Positions 1-9,952 of a stretch of DNA of 64,000 nucleotides are shown piece by piece. Position numbers and translations under genes: made by a program. The stretch comes from Clostridia bacterium (GTDB lineage: Bacteria > Bacillota > Clostridia > Oscillospirales > CAG-272), in assembly GCA_017412045.1 (NCBI GenBank), contig JAFQOX010000105.1, positions 43,120 to 107,119 on the forward strand, given 5' to 3'. The notes beneath the pieces were generated by a model that searched no databases, had not been told where the DNA came from, and worked only from the letters and a program-made list of their open reading frames with translations. Position 1 is the stretch's first letter. Every line of letters begins with the position of its first letter.

Positions 1-903
1 CAATACGATAGCAATTGCTTCTTTATTTTTTCTCATGTTCTGGAAAAGAATGTCCGTTTTTACGGTCTCGGGCACAAAGTATGCAGGGATAACGGCGGAT
101 GCCATAACGTTTTCCTTCGTTTTATCTTCCAGACGGAGGTATGCTCTCGCATCGAGAACGCCGATGATATCGTCAATGTTTTCGCCGCAAATGGGATAAC
201 GGGAGAAACGGCTGTTGACGATAATCTTATCCCATTCCTCAATCGGATCTTCGGAAAGAAGAACCGTAAGGTCCGTTCTGTGGGTTGCGATCTCACCCGC
301 GGAAGTATCGTCGAAATCAAAGATATTCTCAATAATCTCTTTACCGTATTCATCAATGCTACCGTCCTCGTGCGCTTCGTCGACGAGCGTCAGAACCTCA
401 CCCTCAGTGACGGTATCGATGTTTTTCGCTTTGAAAATAAGGGAAAGAAGCTTCTTCCAAAGGGAGAAGATGAAGTTGATGGGGGCAAGAATAACGGTGA
501 GGAATTTGATGAATCTTGCGACCGACATTGCGTAGCCTTCGGCGTGATCCTTCGCAAGGCTCTTCGGCGAAATCTCACCGAAGATCAGAACGACGACGGT
601 GATAACGGCGGTTGAAATCGTAGGATAATACTCGGCAATATCCGTAGCGGCCAAAATCTTCATAAAATACACGGTTGCCATAGAAGACAGCAGGATATTT
701 ACAATGTTATTACCAACAAGCAAGGTTGTAAGCATTTTGTCGTAATTTTCCGCAAGATCAAGAGCAAGTGCGGCTTTTTTGTTTCCGTCCGCGGCAAGAT
801 TTTTCATTTTCGTTCGGTTAAAAGATGTAAATGCGGTTTCCGTACCGGAAAAGAATGCTGAAAAGGCAAGACAGATCAGCATAATGATTAGTTCAGTAGA
901 CAT
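1..903 (-). CDS. DUF21 + CBS-pair membrane protein (CNNM/CorC-HlyC 'hemolysin-family'); C-terminus runs off the left edge
   Basis: Absent from the ORF track because no stop lies in the window. Hand translation from ATG 903 (AAGGAG 5 nt upstream) gives MSTELIIMLICLAFSAFFSGTETAFTSFNRTKMKNL...VLIFGEISPKSLAKDH (DUF21 TM domain), then ...FDDTSAGEIATHRTDL...RFSRYPICGENIDDIIGVL (CBS-type region). Confidence 0.85.
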   Translation of the reverse strand, partial: MSTELIIMLICLAFSAFFSGTETAFTSFNRTKMKNLAADGNKKAALALDLAENYDKMLTTLLVGNNIVNILLSSMATVYFMKILAATDIAEYYPTISTAVITVVVLIFGEISPKSLAKDHAEGYAMSVARFIKFLTVILAPINFIFSLWKKLLSLIFKAKNIDTVTEGEVLTLVDEAHEDGSIDEYGKEIIENIFDFDDTSAGEIATHRTDLTVLLSEDPIEEWDKIIVNSRFSRYPICGENIDDIIGVLDARAYLRLEDKTKENVMASAVIPAYFVPETVKTDILFQNMRKNKEAIAIVL

Positions 904-996
904 GATAACTCCTTGTAATAATGATGTAAAAAGGTTTGACAAAACACATAGCTGAGAAAACCGTAAATGCGGCTTGGTTCGAAACGGCTACAACGC

Positions 997-1039
997 AAAA
1001 AAGCATACCATCCCCTTTTCAAAAAAGGGCGCAGTATGC
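997..1039 (-). terminator. Intrinsic terminator inside the 5' leader of the DUF21/CBS gene (attenuator candidate)
   Basis: Minus strand reads GCATAC-tgcg-CCCTTTT-ttg-AAAAGGG-gatg-GTATGC followed by TTTTTT. It lies about 93 nt upstream of ATG 903 and about 120 nt downstream of the promoter. Confidence 0.6.
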
Positions 1040-1166
1040 CTGTATCAACTTATAAATTTTTTAAAAACGATATACGTACTTCGACAATTATCGTCGTCTT
1101 CTCCGCTATCCACGATATCTTCTCCTGTTAGTGATCAATGTGTTTTGTTTACGAAACGATAAATTT

Positions 1167-1195
1167 ATTATACACCCGAATGACGCCTTTGTCAA
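1167..1195 (-). promoter_or_regulatory. Sigma-A-type promoter for the DUF21/CBS gene leader
   Basis: Minus strand reads TTGACA-aaggcgtcattcgggtg(17 nt)-TATAAT. Both hexamers match the consensus exactly. Confidence 0.65.
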
Positions 1196-1309
1196 TAGCA
1201 AAAGTAAAAATATACATATTTTGCTATTGTTTTTTGTAAAAAATGCTTTCTCCTTTCAGAAGAAATGCGTTGATTTCAAAAACTTTTTCTTTGCAAAACG
1301 GCATTTGTC

Positions 1310-1338
1310 TTGACACGATTTGCAAAAATTGTTATAAT
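1310..1338 (+). promoter_or_regulatory. Sigma-A-type promoter upstream of the lipid kinase gene
   Basis: TTGACA-cgatttgcaaaaattgt(17 nt)-TATAAT, about 64 nt upstream of ATG 1402. Confidence 0.6.
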
Positions 1339-1401
1339 AAATAAGATATTTTCCAATGTATGATAAACAGGAACTTGATTTACGGAAAGGAATAAAAATT
1401 T

Positions 1402-2382
1402 ATGAAACACATCTTCATTGTCAACCCGGCGGCAGGCAAGGGAAAACACATCCCTTCTCTTCTTGCCTCCATCACGTACGCCTGCGAGGATCTGAAGGTC
1501 GAATACGACGTCTATCATACCCATGCAGTCGGCGATGCCACCGAGCACGTTTCGGACGTATGCAAGCAGAATCCGGACGAAAAATTCCGCTTTTACGCTT
1601 GCGGCGGCGACGGTACGCTATCCGAGGTCCTGAACGGCGCGGTCGGTCATGACAATGCGGAAATCGCGGTGATCCCGATGGGTACGGGAAACGACTTCGT
1701 CAAAACCTTCCGCCATCCGGAATATTTTTCCGAAATTCAAAGACAGGTTCGCGGCGTTGCTCAAAAATTCGATTTGCTGAAATATAACGATCGCTACAGC
1801 TTGAATATCGTCAATGCCGGATTCGATTGCGACGTGGTCTGTAAGGTCGCGCAGATCAAGCGGAATGCGTTCGTCCCCTCCAAGCTGGCGTATATCATGG
1901 GTATCTTTTCCGTATTTATCAAACCTCTTGGAAAAAGATTCAAGGTCACGGTTGACGATAGCGAGTACTTCGAAAATGATTTTATGCTCTGCGCCATGGC
2001 GAATGCGCTCTATTACGGCGGCGGCTTCAAGGCGGCGCCTCTCGCGAAGCTGAACGACGGCTATATGGATCTTTGTCTGGTGGACATCGTTTCCCGCTGG
2101 GATTTTATCCGTATCATTCCCAAATATAAGGCAGGAAAGCACGTGGACGAGAACGGCAACAGCCCCTATCCGTTCGTGCATTACCGAAAATGCAAAAAGG
2201 TTGTGATCGAGTCCGAAAACACCATCGGCATATGCGGCGACGGCGAGGTGACGCAGATCAACAAAGTCGTCGTGGAGGTCGTTCCGAGCGCGATCGCATT
2301 TTCGATCCCCAAGGATTCCGACTGTATCTCCGCGGAAACGGATAACTCCGAAAATGGTAAAGATATCGCTTCCGTTTCATAA
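1402..2382 (+). CDS. Diacylglycerol kinase-family lipid kinase (YegS/BmrU/DagK type)
   Basis: 326 aa. N-terminal IFIVNPAAGKGK, then ACGGDGT and PMGTGNDF motifs of the DAGK catalytic domain. RBS GAAAGGA. Confidence 0.85.
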   Translation: MKHIFIVNPAAGKGKHIPSLLASITYACEDLKVEYDVYHTHAVGDATEHVSDVCKQNPDEKFRFYACGGDGTLSEVLNGAVGHDNAEIAVIPMGTGNDFVKTFRHPEYFSEIQRQVRGVAQKFDLLKYNDRYSLNIVNAGFDCDVVCKVAQIKRNAFVPSKLAYIMGIFSVFIKPLGKRFKVTVDDSEYFENDFMLCAMANALYYGGGFKAAPLAKLNDGYMDLCLVDIVSRWDFIRIIPKYKAGKHVDENGNSPYPFVHYRKCKKVVIESENTIGICGDGEVTQINKVVVEVVPSAIAFSIPKDSDCISAETDNSENGKDIASVS

Positions 2383-2399
2383 ATTTTTCACAAAAAAAC

Positions 2400-2428
2400 T
2401 TGCATTCCTTTTATGAATGTGCTATACT
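2400..2428 (+). promoter_or_regulatory. Sigma-A-type promoter upstream of valS
   Basis: TTGCAT-17 nt-TATACT in the 91-bp spacer before valS. Confidence 0.5.
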
Positions 2429-2473
2429 GTTTTCATTGAATTTTTCTGAATAACTGTAAAGGAAGATGAAAAT

Positions 2474-5107
2474 ATGAGAAAAGAACTCGAAAAATCATAC
2501 AATCCGAGTGAAATTGAAAAGCCGCTCTACCAAAAATGGTGCGACGCGGGCTACTTCACTCCCGAAATCGACAGAAATAAAAAGCCGTTTACCATCGTGA
2601 TTCCGCCTCCGAACGTCACGGGTCAGCTGCATATGGGGCACGCGCTCGACGAGACTCTTCAGGATACCATCATCCGTTTCAAGCGCATGAGCGGTTATTG
2701 CACGCTTTGGGTTCCCGGCACCGACCACGCGGGCATTGCGACCCAGATCAAGGTAGAGGAAAATCTCCGCAAGGAGCAGGGACTTTCCCGCCACGACCTC
2801 GGCAGAGAGAAGTTCACCGAGCTCGTATGGGATTGGAAGCATAAATACGGTCACCGTATCATCGAACAGCTCAAGGCGCTCGGCTCCTCCTGCGACTGGT
2901 CGCGCGAGCATTTCACGATGGACGAAACGCTTTCCAAGGCGGTCCGCAAAAACTTCGTTGACCTCTATAATAAGGGCTTGATTTACCGCGGCTTCCGTAT
3001 CAGCAACTTCTGCCCGAAATGCGCGACCGCGCTCTCCGACGCGGAAGTGGAATATAAAGAAAAGGACGGCTCCTTCTGGCATCTCCGCTATCCCGTCAAG
3101 GATAGCGACGAATACGTCATCGTTGCCACTACCCGTCCCGAAACCATGCTCGGCGATACCGCCGTTGCCGTTCATCCCGAGGATGAAAGATATGCTCACC
3201 TTGTCGGAAAAACGCTCATTCTCCCGCTCGTCGGCAGAGAAATCCCCGTCGTTGCGGACGAATACGTAGAAAAGGACTTCGGTACCGGATGTGTGAAGAT
3301 CACGCCTTGCCACGACCCGAACGACTTTGAGGTCGGCAAACGCCACGATCTGGAAATGATCACCGTCATTGATGAGCACGCAAAGATTTGCGGCGGTTAT
3401 AAATACGACGGTATGGACAGATACGAGGCAAGAAAAGCCATCGTTGCCGATCTGGAGGCGGAGGGCTATCTTGTAAAGATCGAGACCTGCAAGCATAACG
3501 TCGGTCATTGCCACCGCTGCGGAACGGCACTCGAGCCTCTCGCGTCCCGTCAGTGGTACGTGAAGATGGAGCCCCTTGCAAAAGAGGCGATCCGCGTCGT
3601 AGAGGAGGGCGAGATCCGCTTCATTCCCGACCGTTTCTCCAAGCCGTATCTGAACTGGATGTACGGCATCCGCGACTGGTGCATCTCCCGTCAGCTCTGG
3701 TGGGGACACAGAATTCCCGCCTTCTATTGCGACGATTGCGGTGAGATCAGCGTTTCCGAAACCGACATCACCGTCTGCCCGAAATGCGGCGGCGCGCTCC
3801 GTCAGGAGGAGGACGTTCTCGATACATGGTTCTCTTCCGCTCTCTGGCCCTTCTCTACGCTCGGATGGCCCGAAAAGACGGACGATCTGGATTTCTTCTA
3901 TCCGACCTCCACGCTCGTGACGGGCTACGACATCATTTCCTTCTGGGTTTCCCGTATGATCACCATGGGCATGGAAAACATGAAGGAAAAGCCCTTCTCC
4001 AACGTATTTATCCACGGTCTTGTTCGTGACGCGGAAGGACGCAAAATGTCCAAATCCCTCGGAAACGGCATCGACCCCCTGGAAATCATTGATACCTGCG
4101 GCGCGGATGCGCTCCGCTTTGCGCTTCTGACGGGTAACTCTCCCGGTAACGATATGCGCTTCTCTCCCGAAAAGATCGACGCGGCAAGAAACTTTACCAA
4201 TAAGATCTGGAACGCTTCCCGCTTCGCTCTCATGAATATTCCCGAAGACCTGGAGGATACCGCGCTTCCCGCAACCGAGGATCTCCGTCTGGAGGACAAA
4301 TGGATCATTTCCAAATTCAATAAGCTCGCGGAAGAGGTTGCCGAAAACCTTGATAAATACGAGCTCGGCATTGCGCTCTCCAAGATTTACGACTATCTCT
4401 GGAACGTGCTGTGCGACTGGTATATCGAGGTCATCAAGCCCCGTCTCTTCAGCAAGGAGGGCGCGGACTATGAAAACGCGTGCCGTGTTCTTTCCTACGT
4501 TCTCAGAGGCGCGATGGAGCTCCTGCATCCCTTCATGCCCTTCATTACGGAAACCATCTGGCAGGCGTTGCCTCACGACGGCGAAAGCATCGTGATCGCG
4601 CCGTATCCCGTCCGTGAAGAATCCCTGATCTTTGAGAAGGAAGAGGCTTCGATGGAGCTTCTGATCACCGCGATCCGTCAGATCCGTAACCGCCGCGCGG
4701 AAATGAACGTTCCGCCGTCCAAAAAGGCGAAGGTGATCGTCGTTTCCTCCGACAAAGAGACCTTCAGTCCCGCGGTTTCCGCGTTCTTCGAGAAGCTTGC
4801 AAGCGCATCTTCCGTAGAATATCCCGAAGCGTTCCACGACGACAGCTGCGTACAGATCATTTCCGATAAGGCGATCATCTATATTCCTTTGGCTGAAATC
4901 ATTGATTTTGAGAAGGAAATCGCCCGTCTGGAAGCAGAAAAGAAGAAGCTGATCTCCGAAATCGAGCGCGTTGACAAAAAGCTCGCAAACAAGGGCTTCG
5001 TAGCGAAAGCGCCCGCCGCCGTCATCGAAGGCGAAAAGAAGAAGAAAGTCGGCTATGCCGACAAGCTCGCTTCCGTAGAAGCTTCGCTCGCAAAGTATAA
5101 GAAATAA
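2474..5107 (+). CDS. valS: Valine--tRNA ligase
   Basis: 877 aa. Class I aaRS HIGH-type motif ([14 protein letters not shown]), KMSKS present, C-terminal coiled-coil tail. Confidence 0.98.
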   Translation: MRKELEKSYNPSEIEKPLYQKWCDAGYFTPEIDRNKKPFTIVIPPPNVTGQLHMGHALDETLQDTIIRFKRMSGYCTLWVPGTDHAGIATQIKVEENLRKEQGLSRHDLGREKFTELVWDWKHKYGHRIIEQLKALGSSCDWSREHFTMDETLSKAVRKNFVDLYNKGLIYRGFRISNFCPKCATALSDAEVEYKEKDGSFWHLRYPVKDSDEYVIVATTRPETMLGDTAVAVHPEDERYAHLVGKTLILPLVGREIPVVADEYVEKDFGTGCVKITPCHDPNDFEVGKRHDLEMITVIDEHAKICGGYKYDGMDRYEARKAIVADLEAEGYLVKIETCKHNVGHCHRCGTALEPLASRQWYVKMEPLAKEAIRVVEEGEIRFIPDRFSKPYLNWMYGIRDWCISRQLWWGHRIPAFYCDDCGEISVSETDITVCPKCGGALRQEEDVLDTWFSSALWPFSTLGWPEKTDDLDFFYPTSTLVTGYDIISFWVSRMITMGMENMKEKPFSNVFIHGLVRDAEGRKMSKSLGNGIDPLEIIDTCGADALRFALLTGNSPGNDMRFSPEKIDAARNFTNKIWNASRFALMNIPEDLEDTALPATEDLRLEDKWIISKFNKLAEEVAENLDKYELGIALSKIYDYLWNVLCDWYIEVIKPRLFSKEGADYENACRVLSYVLRGAMELLHPFMPFITETIWQALPHDGESIVIAPYPVREESLIFEKEEASMELLITAIRQIRNRRAEMNVPPSKKAKVIVVSSDKETFSPAVSAFFEKLASASSVEYPEAFHDDSCVQIISDKAIIYIPLAEIIDFEKEIARLEAEKKKLISEIERVDKKLANKGFVAKAPAAVIEGEKKKKVGYADKLASVEASLAKYKK

Positions 5108-5118
5108 TTGATCATACA

Positions 5119-5158
5119 AAGCATGAGGGATCCGATTTCTCTCATGCTTTTATTTTTG
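5119..5158 (+). terminator. Intrinsic terminator after valS
   Basis: AAGCATGAG-ggatccgatttct-CTCATGCTT followed by TTATTTTT. Confidence 0.8.
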
Positions 5159-5310
5159 ATCAAGAAAATTCAAAAAAGAATGGACAAAATCAATCATTCG
5201 TGATATGATACTCATGTAAAGTTTTTTAAATCTTCGGGAATCGCTCGAAATCAGCCTCGCCGGATCGCAGGCAACCGTGCGATTTACCGCTTTATGAAAA
5301 GGAGTATTTT

Positions 5311-6225
5311 ATGAATATAGATGAAATCATTCAAAGTGCGGCGAAGGAGCTTTCCGTGAACCGTTGCGCTTGCGAGGCACTTCGTTCTGCCGATTCCTGC
5401 GTGCTCCCGAACAGGGAAATGATCATTCAGGTGCTAACGGATTTAAAAAAGGCTATTTTCCCCGGATATTTCGACGGAGAGACCCTGACGGATGCATCCG
5501 CCGAATACTACGAAGGCTATTTGCTGACGGAAATTTACCGCAAGCTGAAGCCCCAGATCGAAATCGCGCTCCGTCTCCCCGTATCCAACACGGATCCCGA
5601 TGAAGCGGAATCCCGCGCGCAGGCGGTTTGCGCCAAGCTGATCTCCGAATTGCCCGAAATCCGCCGCCTTCTGATGTGCGACGTGGAGGCAGGCTTCCAC
5701 GGAGACCCCGCCGCCAAGAGCCGGGCAGAAATTATCGTATCCTATCCGGGATTGCTCGCTATTTTTGTTTACAGGATCGCGCATATTCTTTATAAAGAAG
5801 ATATTCCTTTGATTCCCCGTATCATGACGGAATACGCACACGGAAAGACCGGCATTGACATTAACTCCGGCGCGGAAATCGGCGAATATTTCTTCATTGA
5901 CCACGGAACGGGCGTCGTCATCGGGGAAACGACGGTCATCGGCAACCACGTCAAGCTTTATCAGGGCGTTACGCTCGGCGCGCTCTCCACGAGAAGCGGA
6001 CAGGAGCTTTCCGGCGTGAAGCGCCACCCGACCATACGCGATAACGTCACGATTTACGCCAATTCCACGGTACTCGGCGGAGAGACCGTGATCGGAAACG
6101 GCGTTATTATCGGGGGTAACGCCTTCATCACGAAATCTATCCCCGATTATACGAAAATCATTGTCAAAAGCCCCGAAATGATATTTAAAAATCCGAGAAT
6201 TTCGGCAGGAAAATGGGAAATATAA
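5311..6225 (+). CDS. cysE: Serine O-acetyltransferase (CysE/EpsC type, hexapeptide-repeat)
   Basis: 304 aa. C-terminal left-handed beta-helix repeats (GIDINSGAEIG, FIDHGTGVVIGET, IGNHVKLYQGVTLG) and an N-terminal helical SATase-like domain. Confidence 0.8.
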   Translation: MNIDEIIQSAAKELSVNRCACEALRSADSCVLPNREMIIQVLTDLKKAIFPGYFDGETLTDASAEYYEGYLLTEIYRKLKPQIEIALRLPVSNTDPDEAESRAQAVCAKLISELPEIRRLLMCDVEAGFHGDPAAKSRAEIIVSYPGLLAIFVYRIAHILYKEDIPLIPRIMTEYAHGKTGIDINSGAEIGEYFFIDHGTGVVIGETTVIGNHVKLYQGVTLGALSTRSGQELSGVKRHPTIRDNVTIYANSTVLGGETVIGNGVIIGGNAFITKSIPDYTKIIVKSPEMIFKNPRISAGKWEI

Positions 6226-6227
6226 TT

Positions 6228-6878
6228 ATGAAATATAAAATCGTCATATTTGATCTGGACGGAACGCTGCTGGATACCTTGCAGGATCTGGCAGACAGTA
6301 CGAATTTTGCGCTTTCTTCTTTCGGCTATCCGAAAAGAAGCGTGGCAGAGGTTCGCCGCTTCGTGGGAAACGGCGTCGAAAAGCTGATCGAACGGGCGTT
6401 GCCCGAAGGCGCGTCTCCTGCGGATATCAAGCGCGCGCTTGACGTTTTCAAGGCGCACTACGCCGAGCATTGCGAGGATCATACGGCGCCTTACGCAGGG
6501 ATCACGCTTCTGCTCGACCGCCTGACGGAAGCAGGCGTTCCGATTGCTGTCGTTTCCAACAAAATAGATTCCGCCGTACAAACGCTCTGCAAAAAATACT
6601 TCGGAGAACGGATTCCGATCGCCATCGGAGAACGGGACGGCATCCGAAAAAAGCCTTACCCGGATTCCGTTCTGGAGGTCCTCTCAAAAACGGGAATCTC
6701 TCCCGCGGATGCCGTATACGTCGGAGATTCCGAGGTCGATATCCTGACCGCGCGGAACGCGGGGACTGACGTGATCTGCGTCACCTGGGGCTTTCGCGAT
6801 CAAGATTTCCTCTCGGCATCGGGCGGCTTCATCTTTGCGGATTCTGCGGAGCAGCTGGAGCAAATGCTGATGGGCTGA
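6228..6878 (+). CDS. HAD-superfamily hydrolase (phosphoglycolate phosphatase-like)
   Basis: 216 aa from ATG 6228 (MKYKIVIFDLDGTLLDT = HAD motif I). Also has VSNK and VGDSEVD motifs. The track ORF start at 6213 overlaps cysE and is less likely. Confidence 0.8.
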   Translation: MKYKIVIFDLDGTLLDTLQDLADSTNFALSSFGYPKRSVAEVRRFVGNGVEKLIERALPEGASPADIKRALDVFKAHYAEHCEDHTAPYAGITLLLDRLTEAGVPIAVVSNKIDSAVQTLCKKYFGERIPIAIGERDGIRKKPYPDSVLEVLSKTGISPADAVYVGDSEVDILTARNAGTDVICVTWGFRDQDFLSASGGFIFADSAEQLEQMLMG

Positions 6879-6990
6879 CGGATAAAATCAAAGAAAAAAT
6901 CTTTCACAAATTTCGATAAAACTATTTACAAAATCGTTTTTTTAAGGTATCATATATAGTGTATAGTCATCAAACATAAAGGAGGACATT

Positions 6991-7716
6991 ATGGAGGAAA
7001 AAAAGCCACATTATAAGAGAATTCTCGTCAAGCTTTCCGGCGAAGCGCTCTCGAACGGCGACAAAGGAATTCTGAATTATGACTTTCTCGAGGAAATTGG
7101 CCGCGTCATCAAAACCTGCGTGGATATGGGAACCCAGGTCAGCATCGTTGTCGGCGCAGGCAATATCTGGAGAGGCAGACAGGGCGTCAATATGGACCGT
7201 GCGCGCGCAGACCACATGGGCATGCTTGCAACGGTCATCAACTGTCTCGCGCTTCAGGATACCTTTGAAAGAATCGGTCTGGAAACCCGCGTCATGACCG
7301 CTGTCGAAATGCAGCAGTTTGCAGAGCCTTACATCCGCAACAAAGCGATCTCTCATCTCGAAAAGGGAAAGGTCGTTATCTTCGGTTGCGGCATCGGCAG
7401 CCCGTTCTTCTCAACGGATACCGCCGCCGTGCTCAGAGCCGCTGAAATTTGCGCAGACATCGTTCTTCTCGCAAAGAACGTGGACGGCGTCTACACCGCG
7501 GATCCCAAGCTCGATCCCAACGCGAAAAAGATTGACAGCATCGAATATATTGATATTCTGAGAGAGGGCTTGCGCGTGCTCGACTTTACGGCGACCTCGT
7601 TCAGCATGGAAAATCACATTCCGATCTTGCTCTTCGGACTTGATAACCCGCAAAACATCATCAAAGCCGTAAACGGCGAAAAAATCGGTACCATTGTAGG
7701 AGGAACCAGAAAATGA
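6991..7716 (+). CDS. pyrH: UMP kinase
   Basis: 241 aa. [13 protein letters not shown]-terminus of the amino-acid-kinase fold. RBS AAAGGAGG. Conserved pyrH-frr synteny. Confidence 0.95.
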   Translation: MEEKKPHYKRILVKLSGEALSNGDKGILNYDFLEEIGRVIKTCVDMGTQVSIVVGAGNIWRGRQGVNMDRARADHMGMLATVINCLALQDTFERIGLETRVMTAVEMQQFAEPYIRNKAISHLEKGKVVIFGCGIGSPFFSTDTAAVLRAAEICADIVLLAKNVDGVYTADPKLDPNAKKIDSIEYIDILREGLRVLDFTATSFSMENHIPILLFGLDNPQNIIKAVNGEKIGTIVGGTRK

Positions 7717-8267
7717 AATTGGATATCAAAACATATGAAGAAAGAATGAAAAAAACGCTCACCGCTTACGAAAAGGATCTCGAATCCATCCGTCTCGGCA
7801 GAGCAAATCCCGTTGTTCTGAATAAGATCACCGTTGACTACTACGGTTGCCCCACGCAGATCTCTCAGATGGCTGAGGTCAAGGCTGTCGACGCCAGAAC
7901 GCTCACCATTACGCCCTGGGACTCCACGACGCTTCGTTCCATCGAAAAAGCGATCCACGAAAGCGATCTCGGAATCAATCCGCAGAACGACGGCAAGACC
8001 ATTCGTCTCGCTTTCCCTCCCATGACCGGTGATACCAGAAAAGCAAAGAAAAAAGAAGTCGAAGCAAAGGGCGAGGATATCAAGGTTGCGATCCGTAACG
8101 TTCGCCGCGACGCAAACGACAAGTGCAAACAGATGAAGAAAAACTCTCAGATGACCGAGGACGAACAGAAGGCTTCTGAAAAGCAGGTTCAGGATCTCAC
8201 CGATTCCTATATCAAAAAGGTTGATGCCATCACTGCGGGCAAAGTAAAGGAAATCATGGAAATTTGA
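7713..8267 (+). CDS. frr: Ribosome recycling factor
   Basis: 184 aa. [16 protein letters not shown] ... LGINPQNDG ... P.MTGD.RK pattern. ATGA start/stop overlap with pyrH. Confidence 0.95.
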   Translation: MKLDIKTYEERMKKTLTAYEKDLESIRLGRANPVVLNKITVDYYGCPTQISQMAEVKAVDARTLTITPWDSTTLRSIEKAIHESDLGINPQNDGKTIRLAFPPMTGDTRKAKKKEVEAKGEDIKVAIRNVRRDANDKCKQMKKNSQMTEDEQKASEKQVQDLTDSYIKKVDAITAGKVKEIMEI

Positions 8268-8353
8268 TTTTGAAACACGAGTCAACCGCCTTTTCCGGGC
8301 GGTTGCTTTGTTCATTCCGAGGGTACGACAAAAAACAGATAACGGAGTTTATT

Positions 8354-9049
8354 ATGCTGAAAAAAGAAGAAGGTCTCGTCCCGAAGCACGTCGCTTTCAT
8401 TATGGACGGCAACGGAAGATGGGCGAAAAAACGACTGCAGCCGAGAGAACAGGGACATCGGGCGGGCGCAAAAAAATTCAAAGAAATCGTAAAGCACTGC
8501 GCAGAAATCGGTGTCGAATGCGTAACGGTATACGCGTTTTCGACAGAAAACTGGAAGCGTCCCAAAAGAGAAGTTGATGCGATCATGCAGCTTTTCCGTG
8601 AGTATATCCGGGAAGCTGTACAGGATTTTGAAAAAAACGATATCCGCGTTCTTTTCATCGGCAACCGCAGCGTTTTTGATGATGAAACGAAAAAAGAAAT
8701 GAAAAAAGTGGAAGATTTGACCGCAGACCGACATAAAACGCTGTGCATCGCCATAAATTATGGTGGCAGAGCAGAAATCGTCGATGCCGTCAATCAGATG
8801 ATTGCAAACGGAAAAACCTTTGTGACGGAAGAAGACGTCACGAGAGAAATTTATTCCGGCGCCGTCCCCCCTCCCGATATGATCATCCGAACGGGCGGCG
8901 AAATCCGTCTTTCCAACTTTCTGCTTTGGCAATCAGCATATGCCGAGCTCTTTTTCACGGAAACCCTTTGGCCCGATTTACAAAATGAAGAAGTCGATTC
9001 GATGATAGAAACGTATTATCAGAGAAATCGAAGATACGGAGGCGTTTGA
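8354..9049 (+). CDS. uppS: Isoprenyl transferase / undecaprenyl-diphosphate synthase
   Basis: 231 aa from ATG 8354 (MLKKEEGLVPKHVAFIMDGNGRWA = cis-prenyltransferase motif); also RLSNFLLWQ. The upstream part of the track ORF covers a hairpin (CAACCGCC..GGCGGTTG). Confidence 0.93.
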   Translation: MLKKEEGLVPKHVAFIMDGNGRWAKKRLQPREQGHRAGAKKFKEIVKHCAEIGVECVTVYAFSTENWKRPKREVDAIMQLFREYIREAVQDFEKNDIRVLFIGNRSVFDDETKKEMKKVEDLTADRHKTLCIAINYGGRAEIVDAVNQMIANGKTFVTEEDVTREIYSGAVPPPDMIIRTGGEIRLSNFLLWQSAYAELFFTETLWPDLQNEEVDSMIETYYQRNRRYGGV

Positions 9050-9052
9050 TTT

Positions 9053-9934
9053 ATGAAAACTCGAGTTCTCACCGCGATTGCCGCGATCTGCGTGCTGATC
9101 CCTTGCCTGATCTGGTCTGATACGATGCTTTTTCCGATCGCCTGCGGTATCGTCGCTTTGATTGCGCTGTTTGAAATTACGGGCTGTATCGGTATCCGAA
9201 AAAAATGGTTGCTCTCTTCCGCCACGTTTTTGTACGGCGCTTTTATATCCGCGATCGTGACGTACTATTTTGTCAATGCAAAGAAAAGTCTGATTCCCCA
9301 CAGCATTTTTGCTTCGGAAAAGCTGACCGTGATGATATTCGCCGCAACCTTTGCTTATATTTTCCTCGTGTTCTGCTTCACGATGCTTTCTCTGGGTGAA
9401 ATCAAATTCCTGCAGGCTGCGGAGTTGATTGCCTGGACGGTCTATATCATGATCGGTATTATGAGCATTGCATTGCTCCGCAGACAGGGAAGCGTAGGCG
9501 TATATCTCTACGGATTGATCTTTATCGGCGCGTGGATGACCGATACGGGTGCTTATTTCGTCGGCGTTTTGTTCGGCAAGCATAAGCTGATTCCCAAGGT
9601 CAGCCCGAAGAAAACGGTTGAGGGCGCTTTCGGCGGCATTCTCGGATGCATCGTCGGATTCGTCGTTTACGGTCTCATCATGCAGCTTGTCAGCGGCGTT
9701 ACGGTCAATTACGTAGCCATGATCGTTCTCGCTGCCGTCATTTCCGTTGTTTCTCAGTTCGGCGACCTCGTCGCCTCCTATATCAAGAGAGAAAGAGAAA
9801 TCAAGGATTTTGGTTTCATCTTCCCCGGACACGGCGGTGTTCTTGACCGTTTCGACTCGATCATTGCCGTTGCTCCCACCATCTATTTCATTACGTATTT
9901 CACAGCGAATTCTTTCCCGATTTTTATTTGTTAA
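9053..9934 (+). CDS. cdsA: Phosphatidate cytidylyltransferase
   Basis: 293 aa, polytopic. C-terminal CDS signature SYIKREREIKDFGFIFPGHGGVLDRFDS. Confidence 0.93.
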   Translation: MKTRVLTAIAAICVLIPCLIWSDTMLFPIACGIVALIALFEITGCIGIRKKWLLSSATFLYGAFISAIVTYYFVNAKKSLIPHSIFASEKLTVMIFAATFAYIFLVFCFTMLSLGEIKFLQAAELIAWTVYIMIGIMSIALLRRQGSVGVYLYGLIFIGAWMTDTGAYFVGVLFGKHKLIPKVSPKKTVEGAFGGILGCIVGFVVYGLIMQLVSGVTVNYVAMIVLAAVISVVSQFGDLVASYIKREREIKDFGFIFPGHGGVLDRFDSIIAVAPTIYFITYFTANSFPIFIC

Positions 9935-9952
9935 TCCCGAGGTGTTCTATTC

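Noticed and set aside
975-990. GGTTCGAAAC string suggesting a tRNA T-arm
   Set aside because: No acceptor, D or anticodon arms can be drawn around it on either strand. It lies within the DUF21/CBS gene leader.
2383-2473. Expected a T-box leader upstream of valS
   Set aside because: The spacer is only 91 bp and is mostly occupied by a promoter and RBS. There is no specifier hairpin and no T-box consensus (AAUUAGGGUGGUACCGCG-like) sequence.
2495-5119. 874-aa ORF on the minus strand spanning essentially all of valS
   Set aside because: The + strand product carries unmistakable ValRS motifs (HIGH-type, KMSKS). The antisense product is low-complexity (R/G/D/F-rich) with no RBS or recognisable domain. 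Long stop-free antisense frames are a known by-product of codon bias.
5246-5265. CTCGCCGGATCGCAGGC upstream of cysE resembles the reverse complement of the repeat core (CTCGCCGATCGCAGTT)
   Set aside because: The similarity stops after about 16 nt. No partner stem, 5' block or terminal hairpin is present. It is treated as chance or an unprovable remnant.
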